Below are positions 41,849 through 50,083 of a stretch of 64,000 nt of DNA, piece by piece. Both the position numbers and the translations under genes were made by a program. The first letter of the stretch is position 1. Each line of letters starts with the position of its first letter. Source of the DNA: Rhodopirellula sp. (lineage in GTDB: Bacteria; Planctomycetota; Planctomycetia; Pirellulales; Thermoguttaceae). The notes under the pieces were generated by a model. The model was not told the origin of the DNA. It ran no database searches and worked only from the letters and a program-made list of their open reading frames with translations. The stretch covers positions 34,899 to 98,898 of the forward strand of contig JAAYEH010000400.1 in NCBI GenBank assembly GCA_012728855.1. Direction: 5' to 3'.

Positions 41849-42157
41849 CTATTCTTCGATCACCTTTTTAACCAATTGAACGAAGTGAGGGCTCTTCTTC
41901 GACTCACTCAATTCCGCCGCCTTCTTGTCGGCAAGCTCTCGCTCACCATACTCGAAAGCGACGACCTGGTTGAGAGATTGGCTGAACACGCCCCAAAACG
42001 CCTTAAGGCGAACCTCCTTCGCCACCTTGGCGCGGCTCTTCCGCTTCGTCGCCGCCTTCTTCGCGGGCTTCTTCGGCGCCTTTTCGTCGACTTCACTTCG
42101 TTCGGCGGCATCGCTTGCCTCGCGTAACTCCCGACGATTCAGTATTTTTCGAGCCAT
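41849..42157 (-). CDS. Small Lys-rich basic protein, hypothetical
   Basis: MARKILNRRELRE..KAPKKPAKKAATKRKSRAKVAKE..FWGVFSQSLNQVVAFEYGERELADKKAAEL. Lies 54 nt upstream of the Hsp70 gene on the same strand. Confidence 0.55.
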   Translation of the reverse strand: MARKILNRRELREASDAAERSEVDEKAPKKPAKKAATKRKSRAKVAKEVRLKAFWGVFSQSLNQVVAFEYGERELADKKAAELSESKKSPHFVQLVKKVIEE

Positions 42158-42291
42158 ATCTCTCCCTCGGAAGAACTGGGCAACTTACTGCTTCCGGGCT
42201 ACCAAGCGGAAATCTGTGCCCGGGCGTGGGCTTTCGGCCCTGAAACAGCTAATCATAACGGAAACAGGTGGCCCCTGCCAGTAGATGCAAA

Positions 42292-42352
42292 GTAGGTTCC
42301 GCTTGCCGAGCGGAACCTTGCCCCTGGAGCCCGCCGGGCAAGCGGGATCAAC
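42292..42352. repeat. REPIN-like doublet (second unit degenerate)
   Basis: GTAG+GGTTCCGCTTGCCGAGCGGAACC (42292-42317) and CCCGCCGGGCAAGCGGG+ATCAAC (42330-42352). Abuts the stop of the BFD-like gene. Confidence 0.7.
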
Positions 42353-42602
42353 CGCTGTCGAGATACCGCTGTCGCAGTTCGGCGTAGTGCTCGGGGCTGG
42401 GATCGTCGTGCTTCGCTGTCTCACCGCGGACCGTCTCCGCAAAGATCTGCTGGAGGTAGGGCCGGCACCAACCGCAGCCGGTGCCAGCGCCATAACAGTC
42501 GGCCAATTGCCCGGCACGGCGGACTTTCTCGACGCGGATGAAATTGGTGATTTTCCGCTTCGTGACGTGGAAACAGAGGCAGACTTCGTCGTCGGGAGCC
42601 AT
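42348..42602 (-). CDS. BFD-like [2Fe-2S]-binding domain protein
   Basis: MAPDDEVCLCFHVTKRKI..CYGAGTGCGWCRPYL (CxC...CxxC). Its ATG overlaps the upstream peptidase stop (TGATG). Confidence 0.75.
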   Translation of the reverse strand: MAPDDEVCLCFHVTKRKITNFIRVEKVRRAGQLADCYGAGTGCGWCRPYLQQIFAETVRGETAKHDDPSPEHYAELRQRYLDSG

Positions 42603-43858
42603 CACCCGCTCGATTCCGTGCCGGTTGCCAACCGCAGAGCGATCCGGCACGCCTGCCGAAAGTCCGGCAGGCTCAGTCGCTCGGCCGTTGTGTGCGGGTT
42701 TTGTTGGCCGCAGCCGAGGCTGACCGTGGGGATCCCACGCGCGGTCAGCCAGTTGGCGTCGAGCCCGCCGTTGGAGATCGCCCGCATCGGTTCTCCGCCG
42801 ACGTCTCGCACGGCAGCCTCCGCCGCCGCGGCGCCGGGTTCATCGCCGGCCAACCGAAACGCCTCGTAGTCCAACCGGCCCTCAATCTCCACACGGCCTG
42901 CGGAACCGTCGCTGCAGCGGACGGCGCGGGCGGCATCGCGAAACGCGTTTTCGATCGATCGGACGATTTTCTGCCGAAATTGCGGATCGTGGCTCCGCGC
43001 CTCGGCACGAATCTCGACGTAGGGAGTGACCACGTTGGTCGCCTCGCCGCCACGGATCACCCCCACATTGCTGGTGCCTTGTCGACCATCTTTCTCGACC
43101 AGTCCGTGCCAGCCCTCCTCGTGGAGCCGAGCGATGGCCAAGGAAGCGATGACAACGGCACTGACGCCCTTCTCCGGCGCGCTGCCCGCGTGGCTGGCCA
43201 CTCCCTGGATGCGAATCTCCATCCGGTAACCGCCCGTGGCGCCGACGGTGATCTTCTCGGGCGAACCGCCGTCGAAATTGAACGCCAGCCGCGGCCTGCC
43301 CAGATTGGCGAGGTGCAGAAACCGAGCGCCGTACAGTCCCACCTCCTCCTGAACCGTCCAGAGAAAGGTGAGGGGTGGGTGCGGCAACCCACGGCGAAGG
43401 ATTTCCATCGCGGCGTGAAGAACGACCGCGGCGCCGGCTCGGTCGTCCGCTCCTAACGCAGTTGCCTTATCGGCCGGCACCACGTAATTGCCTCGCACCA
43501 GCGGGCGAGCGCCTTCGCAAAGCGGAACGGTATCTGTATGAGCCATCAAGAGTCGACGCGGTCCGCGGTGGGTGCCCGCCAGTTTTAAGGCGAGATTTCC
43601 CACCTCGCCGCCCAGAGGCGTATGGCGATGCGATTGATCGTCACGCAAGGCGTCGCGTGGTGCGCCGGCTTCGAGCAACCGCTCGCGGATGAACCGGACA
43701 ACCTGTCCTTCCCGCCCACTTCGTCCGGGGAGGGCCAGCAATTCGAGCACCAACTTCTGCGCCTGCCGCAGGTCGGGCTCGGGCGGCTTTTCTTCGCCCA
43801 GGCCGGCGGCGCCCAGCGCCGAAGGCCGCAAGGATTTCTTTTTGCGAGATTCCGCCAT
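42602..43858 (-). CDS. M20-family metallopeptidase (PepT/tripeptidase-like)
   Basis: LLMAHTDTVP, LGADDRAGAAVVL, TVQEEVGLYGARF, GATGGYRMEIRIQGVASHAG. Confidence 0.85.
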   Translation of the reverse strand: MAESRKKKSLRPSALGAAGLGEEKPPEPDLRQAQKLVLELLALPGRSGREGQVVRFIRERLLEAGAPRDALRDDQSHRHTPLGGEVGNLALKLAGTHRGPRRLLMAHTDTVPLCEGARPLVRGNYVVPADKATALGADDRAGAAVVLHAAMEILRRGLPHPPLTFLWTVQEEVGLYGARFLHLANLGRPRLAFNFDGGSPEKITVGATGGYRMEIRIQGVASHAGSAPEKGVSAVVIASLAIARLHEEGWHGLVEKDGRQGTSNVGVIRGGEATNVVTPYVEIRAEARSHDPQFRQKIVRSIENAFRDAARAVRCSDGSAGRVEIEGRLDYEAFRLAGDEPGAAAAEAAVRDVGGEPMRAISNGGLDANWLTARGIPTVSLGCGQQNPHTTAERLSLPDFRQACRIALRLATGTESSG

Positions 43859-43950
43859 CGGATCGTCTGTGGTTTCCCGAAGGGTAAGCGTTATCCACCA
43901 CCCGGCCGCTTCTGCAGGGTGTTGGCATGAATTCTAGCAACCACAGGCCC

Positions 43951-43997
43951 CAAAACAAAGCATCGCACGCCGCCGCTTGCAACCCCGGCGGCGTGCG
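43951..43997 (-). terminator. Intrinsic terminator candidate after the EF-hand gene
   Basis: On the minus strand, the 12-bp stem CGCACGCCGCCG/CGGCGGCGTGCG is followed by ATGCTTTGTTTTG. Confidence 0.45.
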
Positions 43998-44059
43998 AAA
44001 GAACGATCCCCTCTTGCCGACATCCGCGGCAAGTACGACTTCCGGTGGCGTTGATCCGC

Positions 44060-44584
44060 CTACTCCTGCTTTTCGGCCTTGGCCTTCTTCTGGCCGGCTT
44101 TCTTGCCCGGCTTCGCCGGTTTCTGCTGCATGGCCTTGAATTCGTCGAGGCAGATCTGCTTGTCGCCGTTCTTGTCCATCTTTGCGAACATCTCCGTGGC
44201 TTTTTCGATCTGCGCCGGATCCTTGCGTGTGCCCTTGAATTCCTCGAGGGTCACGTTTCCGTCGTCGTCCTTGTCCATGGCCTTGAAGCGGGCCTCGGCC
44301 GGCTGCTTCGTGAATTCGACGATGCAGACGCTGCCGTTGCCGTCCTTGTCGACGAGCTTGAAAATGGCCTCCGCCTTCTCGCCGCCGCGCTTGCCTTTGA
44401 ACTCGTCGAGCGACAACTTGCCGTCGGCATCCTTGTCCATCTTGTTGAACCGCTCCTCGGCCGCCTTCGCCTGCTTCTCCTTCGCCTCTTTGGCCTTGGC
44501 GGCATCCGCCTGCGCCCACGCGTTGCCAACAACGACCAGGCAGGCAACCAGAGCAACCAACCACAGCGAGCAAATTCTGGACAT
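44060..44584 (-). CDS. Secreted protein with four EF-hand calcium-binding loops
   Basis: Signal peptide MSRICSLWLVALVACLVVVGNAWA. Loops DKDADGKLSLDEF, DKDGNGSVCIVEF, DKDDDGNVTLEEF, DKNGDKQICLDEF. RBS GAGGAG. Confidence 0.8.
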   Translation of the reverse strand: MSRICSLWLVALVACLVVVGNAWAQADAAKAKEAKEKQAKAAEERFNKMDKDADGKLSLDEFKGKRGGEKAEAIFKLVDKDGNGSVCIVEFTKQPAEARFKAMDKDDDGNVTLEEFKGTRKDPAQIEKATEMFAKMDKNGDKQICLDEFKAMQQKPAKPGKKAGQKKAKAEKQE

Positions 44585-44872
44585 ACGATTCTCCTCAACA
44601 AACGAACTGGAACCCAAAAACCCGAACCTAACGCAAGTACGGGCAAGACACTCCGGCATGATCGAACTACAGGGGCACTCGCGGAGCGATCACTAGAACG
44701 CCGCGCTGGACTGAAGTAAATCCCCCCCTTACGGTTTCTGTCTTTATTCCACCCCGGCCGAATACGACGTCTCCTCGTCCAACCCCAAGCCCAACGGGCT
44801 GGGCTCGCGGGTCAACGATCGCACCGGTTATGCCGTGCTTGACCGTGGGCCTAAGCCGACCGGGTGAAATTC

Positions 44873-44932
44873 GTAGCCTGACTCTCCGAGTCGGGTCTAG
44901 GAAGCCAGCCCCGACTCGGAGAGTCAGGCTAC
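44873..44932. repeat. Perfect 23-bp hairpin beginning with GTAG
   Basis: GTAGCCTGACTCTCCGAGTCGGG, a 14-nt loop, then CCCGACTCGGAGAGTCAGGCTAC. A T7 run lies at 44949-44955. Confidence 0.8.
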
Positions 44933-45168
44933 ATCCGAGCGGGTAGGCTTTTTTTCTGCCGCTCGCCTTATAAGAAACCCTTCAGCCGCAGAGAAGTTTC
45001 GCGAAAGAAACAGCTCTCGGCCAATGGCACGCTACAGAGGGGTAATCGAATTTCACAGAAACTCCCGCGAGCGTAAGCACACTTGCACGAAGCCCTCCGG
45101 GGCGTGATAACGGTCGGAGGCGGTTGCTGTTCTGAACCGCGAAGGAAAAAAAGGAAGGAAGGCATCGC

Positions 45169-46521
45169 ATGTCTCGGATACGCTTTTGCGTCGTTCTTGT
45201 TCTTCTGGCTGGTTTGGCCAACGTCAGCCTCGCCCAGCAGCCGGAACTTCCCAACCCCGGCTTCGAGTCCGGGCTGGAGGGGTGGCTGTTTCGCCCGGGG
45301 GACGAGTCGCAGGTTTCGCTCGTCGAGAGCCCCGATCGCGGCAAAGTGCTCCAACTGCACCCGGACGGTCGCATCCTCGGGGTCGAACTCGATCGCTTGC
45401 GGATTGGCACGGATCTGCAACCGCAGCAGGCGTACCGGATTGAGGTCCAATTAAACAACGAAGGGATCGAGAAGGGCGTCTTTGCGTTTTCGATGTACTG
45501 TTTCGACGCCCAGAACAAGTCGCTCAAACAACTCGTCTTCTACGGGTTGAACGCCAACTCGCGCCCGCACGACTGGCGGGCGGTCCGCGGTGAGTTCGGC
45601 CCCGGCACGGCCGACCCGCTTCCCGAAGGCACGCAGACCGTGGCGATTCGATTCTCGTTCTATGAAGGCAGCGGCGATTGTCGTGGCAAGATTGCCATCG
45701 ACGATGTCGTTCTCCGGCCTTTCGAGCCACCGGTCTATGCCGGTTGGCCCAGTGAGATCGTCGCCGAGGTGGGCGATCTCGGCTTGCGGTTCGAAAGCCG
45801 CTCCTTCTGGACGCTCTACCGCATCGATTACCGATCGACGCGGCTCTGCTTGGACCGCTGGGGTAGCCACTACGGCACCGTGGCGAGGTTTCCGGAGGTC
45901 GGATTCATCGGAACGGGCCATCGTGAAAACGAAGACGAGCAGGTTCTCGATCTGGCGATTTTCGTCGACGGGCAGGCGGTCGAAAAGCCGGCGGCCTCGC
46001 TGGAGTGCGAAAGCCTCCGCCTGGAGAAACGGTCGACGATTCGCGACCTCGTTCTCGACACGACGATCGACGTTCGCGACAACCGCATTACGGAAGACGT
46101 GCGGATGGCGGCCGGCAAGCCCACTCCGGTCGAGTTGATCTACCACTTCATGCATCCCTGGACCGACACCGCCACGGCCTACTGTGCCGAGTTGCCGGAC
46201 GGCTCCCGCATCGACGGTGAATTCACCGGCGACAAGACCCAGAAGATCGATCAGCCCACCCGCTGGTCGGCCATCTACGACGAGCCCTCCGGCAAAGGGG
46301 CCGTGACCTGCGTGCTCAAGACGCCGGAGGATGACGATTGGCGGACCCGCTATTGGGACGTGCCCGACGGATATCGCAAGCACTACCTCGCTACGTTCCT
46401 GAAGAAGACCGTTCCCGCGGGGCGGGAGTTTCACTACCGAATTGTCACGGCCCCGTTCGAAGCCGTGCCGGCGGATTGGCAGAAGGTCGCCGCGGGCGTG
46501 GCGAGTGAGGCGGCCCGGTAG
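45169..46521 (+). CDS. Secreted hypothetical protein with an N-terminal CBM4/9-like module
   Basis: Signal peptide. NPGFESGLEGW..KIAIDDVVL pattern of carbohydrate-binding jelly-rolls. The C-terminal 270 aa or so are unassigned. Confidence 0.65.
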   Translation: MSRIRFCVVLVLLAGLANVSLAQQPELPNPGFESGLEGWLFRPGDESQVSLVESPDRGKVLQLHPDGRILGVELDRLRIGTDLQPQQAYRIEVQLNNEGIEKGVFAFSMYCFDAQNKSLKQLVFYGLNANSRPHDWRAVRGEFGPGTADPLPEGTQTVAIRFSFYEGSGDCRGKIAIDDVVLRPFEPPVYAGWPSEIVAEVGDLGLRFESRSFWTLYRIDYRSTRLCLDRWGSHYGTVARFPEVGFIGTGHRENEDEQVLDLAIFVDGQAVEKPAASLECESLRLEKRSTIRDLVLDTTIDVRDNRITEDVRMAAGKPTPVELIYHFMHPWTDTATAYCAELPDGSRIDGEFTGDKTQKIDQPTRWSAIYDEPSGKGAVTCVLKTPEDDDWRTRYWDVPDGYRKHYLATFLKKTVPAGREFHYRIVTAPFEAVPADWQKVAAGVASEAAR

Positions 46522-46572
46522 GGGCTCGATTGTAACGTCGGCGCGCCGTGCTCGGATACCAGGCATGGTTGG

Positions 46573-47937
46573 TTAGATCGGATGCTCGACGCGATCGACC
46601 AATACAATCCGCAAATCGCAGACGTTGGTTCCCGTCGGGCCGGTCTTGATCAGGGCGTTCAACGGCTCGAAAAAATGGTAAGCATCGTTACGGGAGAGGT
46701 GGTCGCCGGGCTGAAGGCCGCGGGCTCTTGCATCGGAAACGATTTCGCCGTCGAACCTTGCGCCGGCGGCGTCGGTCGGGCCGTCTTCGCCGTCGGTTCC
46801 CCCGGCAATCAGTGCGATGCCCGCCGCGCCGTCGTCCTGCAAATCCGCTAGGGCAGCCAGCGCGAGTTGCTGGTTACGGCCGCCGCGGCCGCGACGCTCT
46901 TCGCCGACCAACCGCACGACCGGCTCACCCCCGCTGATCAGGCAATCGGGGCCGGGTTGGCTGCGCATGGCCAGCGCCATGGCGGCGAGATGGCGTCCGA
47001 CCTCTTCGGCAGGCCCCTCGGATCGGCGGGCGCTGATCATTGCCGGCGAGTAGCCCAGCCGTACCGCTTCTTCGCCCGCCGCATCGACGGCCGTGGCGTT
47101 GTTGCCGATGATGAGATTGCTGACGCGCGCGGTGGGTTTCGAGGCTGCCTGGTCGCCCTTGTTGCGGAGGAAATCGAACACGCGGTCCGCGATGCCTGCC
47201 TCCCGCGCGTGGTATTGCTCGAGCACGGAGAGCGCTTGCCGCGGAGTCGACGAATCCGCGACGGTCGGTCCCGAAGCGATGACCTCCAGCGGATCGCCGA
47301 GCACGTCGGAGATAATCAACGAGATCAGCCGGCCGGCGCGGCAGGCGCGGGCCAGTCCGCCGCCCTTGACGCGGCTGAGCTGTTTGCGGACGACGTTCAG
47401 CTCTTCGATATTGGCCCCGGCGCCGCTCAAGTGCCGGGTGACGGCGAGCTTGTCCGCCAGCGTGATCCCTTCGGCCGGAGACGGCATCAACGCCGATCCG
47501 CCGCCCGAGATCAGGCATAAACAGAGATCTTGCGGCTGGAGAGATGCAACGATCTTGAGAATCTCCACCGTGCCCGCGACGCCGGCGGCCGTCGGTTCGT
47601 TGACCGCGGCGGGCCGGGCGCCGTGAAGCCGAATGTGCGAGAGGGGCCGGAGGGTATCCTCGGGAACATTGACCCAACCGGCAAGCCGTTTCCGCTCCAT
47701 CCTTTCCGGGCCAAGAACTTCTTCCACGGCCGCGGCCATGCCGGCGCCGGCCTTCCCGGCGCCCACCACGGCGATGCGGCCGATCTGGTCCAGCCGGATT
47801 CGCTCCTCCCCGACGATCACGTCGCCGCCTTCCACGCAAAGCGCCTGGCGAACCAGGCGCCGCGGATCGACCGCCTCGACCCCAGCCCGCCAGATCGTCA
47901 TACCGTCGCCGCGGAGTTGTTCGCCGGATCGTTGCAT
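46573..47937 (-). CDS. Glycerate 2-kinase / MOFRL family (DUF4147+MOFRL)
   Basis: VVGAGKAGAGMA, LISGGGSALM, ISGGEPVV, IAGGTDGEDGPTDAAGA. Confidence 0.88.
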   Translation of the reverse strand: MQRSGEQLRGDGMTIWRAGVEAVDPRRLVRQALCVEGGDVIVGEERIRLDQIGRIAVVGAGKAGAGMAAAVEEVLGPERMERKRLAGWVNVPEDTLRPLSHIRLHGARPAAVNEPTAAGVAGTVEILKIVASLQPQDLCLCLISGGGSALMPSPAEGITLADKLAVTRHLSGAGANIEELNVVRKQLSRVKGGGLARACRAGRLISLIISDVLGDPLEVIASGPTVADSSTPRQALSVLEQYHAREAGIADRVFDFLRNKGDQAASKPTARVSNLIIGNNATAVDAAGEEAVRLGYSPAMISARRSEGPAEEVGRHLAAMALAMRSQPGPDCLISGGEPVVRLVGEERRGRGGRNQQLALAALADLQDDGAAGIALIAGGTDGEDGPTDAAGARFDGEIVSDARARGLQPGDHLSRNDAYHFFEPLNALIKTGPTGTNVCDLRIVLVDRVEHPI

Positions 47938-47946
47938 TTCACTCGC

Positions 47947-48570
47947 TCACCCATTCTTGATCCGCAGCAGATCGAGCCATTTCGCCGCGTGTTCAATCGT
48001 GTACGCGCCGTGGTTGTTGTTGCCGGCGGCACACATTACCAGCCCCACGAGAAACGGCTGGTTTTGATAGGCACACACTCCGGCGGCCGAGCACCAGGGG
48101 GTCGCCTTGCCTGCGTCGCCGAACAATTTCGCTTTGGCGAAAAACTTGTGCGGGAATCCGGCCGTGCTGATCTGGCTGGGCCATCGCCGCACGAGAGGCC
48201 GGTGTGCGGCCACGACCGACGCCAGTCCCGGCGAGACGGCCTCAAACAGGTCATTGAGGCGACTCTCCGAAGGCAGTTCACGGGCAACTCCCGCCGGAGC
48301 CAGCACCACCGCCGCCAGTCGCACCGGAACATGGGTGAACTCCAGCGCCGGTCCGCCACGCGGGGGGCCGGCCTCTCCCAGCGCCGGCACATCGATCGAC
48401 TGCTCCAAGTCCGGAAGTTCGATCTTCGGCTTGCGTCGCCGCATCGCCTTGCGAACGACATAGAGCACCGCAACCGCAACCGCTGCGACGATGATCCAAG
48501 TCGACAGATTGTCCGGCAGGCTACCGGCCGCTTCTTCGACGGATGCGGGGAGATTGTTGGTGACATCCAT
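47947..48570 (-). CDS. Hypothetical single-pass membrane protein
   Basis: TM WIIVAAVAVAVLYVV followed by a soluble domain of about 150 aa. Starts 3 nt after the permease stop. Confidence 0.55.
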   Translation of the reverse strand: MDVTNNLPASVEEAAGSLPDNLSTWIIVAAVAVAVLYVVRKAMRRRKPKIELPDLEQSIDVPALGEAGPPRGGPALEFTHVPVRLAAVVLAPAGVARELPSESRLNDLFEAVSPGLASVVAAHRPLVRRWPSQISTAGFPHKFFAKAKLFGDAGKATPWCSAAGVCAYQNQPFLVGLVMCAAGNNNHGAYTIEHAAKWLDLLRIKNG

Positions 48571-48573
48571 GGC

Positions 48574-49575
48574 TCAGTTCCTTTTTGCGAGTACGCCGTT
48601 GATGACCAAGGCGATCATAAGCACCACACCGGTCAGCAATTGTCTCGCCAGGTCGTTGATCCAGGTAATCTGGATCAGCCCGGCGTTGAGCACCGTGAAA
48701 GTGAGCACGCCGATGGTTGTCTTGCCCATCCCGCCTTCGCCGCCGAACAGGCTCGTACCGCCGAGCACGACACAAGCCACCGCGCTGAGAAGCAAATCTT
48801 TGTTCTGGTCGAGGGTGACGTTCGTCATTCGTCCGGCGTTGACCAATCCACCCAACCCGGCGGTCACGGCGGAGATCGCCAGGCAAGCCAGGACAATCCG
48901 CCCGGTGCGGACTCCGGCCAGACGGGCCGCCTCGCGGTTGCCGCCGGTCATGTAGACATAGCGGCCGAACCGCGTATGCTGCAACACGACGTGCCCCGCC
49001 ACGAGCACCCCGGCAGCCAACAGGGCGCTATAGGGCACGATGACACGCCCGTCCCATCGCAGCCCGTCGTTGCCGACCGTTGCCAGAAGCGAGGGAATCT
49101 TCAGCAGTTTGCTTTGCGTCAGATACCGCGACGACCCTTCGGCGATGAACATCATTGCCAGCGTGATGATGAAACTCGGCAGCGCCGACCAGACGGTCAG
49201 CAAGCCTGAGACCAGTCCCAGCAGCAGGCAACTGGCCAGCGGCAGCAGCAGCACGGCCGATACCGTCCAGAACGGCTCGCCGCCATCACCTCCCATCCAC
49301 CGCTGGTAGAGCCAGCCGCAGGAGGCCGCACACCACAGCGCGATCATGCCGACCGACAGGTCGATCTCCGCGCATAAGAGCACGAACGTCAGGCCGGCGG
49401 CTACGATGGCCAGGACGGATCCCTGCTTGAGGATTGCCGTGGCGGTGGCGATCTTGACGAAGTTGGGGGCGGCGAGCATGAAAAATGCCACCAGAAGCGC
49501 CAGGCTCACCAGCGGCGCCACTTCACGGGCATCCCAGCGTCGGAAGAACGATAAGAGGCGGTTGGAGTCTGGCAC
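48574..49575 (-). CDS. ABC transporter permease, RbsC/BPD_transp_2 (sugar-type) family, without adjacent ATPase or binding protein
   Basis: LKQGSVLAIVAAGLTFVLLCAEIDLSVGMI..TGGNREAARLAGV..GGTSLFGGEGG. Confidence 0.85.
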   Translation of the reverse strand: MPDSNRLLSFFRRWDAREVAPLVSLALLVAFFMLAAPNFVKIATATAILKQGSVLAIVAAGLTFVLLCAEIDLSVGMIALWCAASCGWLYQRWMGGDGGEPFWTVSAVLLLPLASCLLLGLVSGLLTVWSALPSFIITLAMMFIAEGSSRYLTQSKLLKIPSLLATVGNDGLRWDGRVIVPYSALLAAGVLVAGHVVLQHTRFGRYVYMTGGNREAARLAGVRTGRIVLACLAISAVTAGLGGLVNAGRMTNVTLDQNKDLLLSAVACVVLGGTSLFGGEGGMGKTTIGVLTFTVLNAGLIQITWINDLARQLLTGVVLMIALVINGVLAKRN

Positions 49576-49664
49576 GGATTACGGCACCACAAATACGGGA
49601 TTGGGTGAACGCCGGATGCGGTCGGACGAGGTCGCTCGGCGAACCAAGCCGTTCGTATCACGAC

Positions 49665-50051
49665 TCACGCGCCCGCCGAACGGTGGAAATGCACGTGCCG
49701 CCACGCGCCGTTTTGCCGCTGCCAAACGCGGGTTTCCTCGCCGCGCGTCGTGACGGGGCAGCCCATCGAGTCCAATCGCTGCACCAATCGCACATAGCAG
49801 ACGACGGCGACGTCGCCCATGATGCGGACATGCGGTGAAGACAGGGTATTGTTGACCGGCCCCGTGCCGGCGCCGAGGTCAAAGTAGAATTTGTGAAAGT
49901 CCATCCCTTCCACGAGATGGCCCCGCGCTTCCGGCTCGAAGGCGGAGAGCGTCGGATCGCAAAGCTCGGTATAGGTCTCCCAGTCGCCTGCCGCGATGCT
50001 GTTCAAGAGCCGCTGGTTGAGTTCGATCAGTTCGACGGCCGAAGTTTCCAT
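49665..50051 (-). CDS. SnoaL-like / CaMKII-association-domain (DUF4440-type) protein
   Basis: ELIELNQRLLNSIAAGDWETYTELCDPTLSAFEPEA..ETRVWQRQNGAWRHVHFHRS. Confidence 0.7.
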   Translation of the reverse strand: METSAVELIELNQRLLNSIAAGDWETYTELCDPTLSAFEPEARGHLVEGMDFHKFYFDLGAGTGPVNNTLSSPHVRIMGDVAVVCYVRLVQRLDSMGCPVTTRGEETRVWQRQNGAWRHVHFHRSAGA

Positions 50052-50083
50052 AACCGCTCCTGTCAATCTGTAAAATGTTGTGA

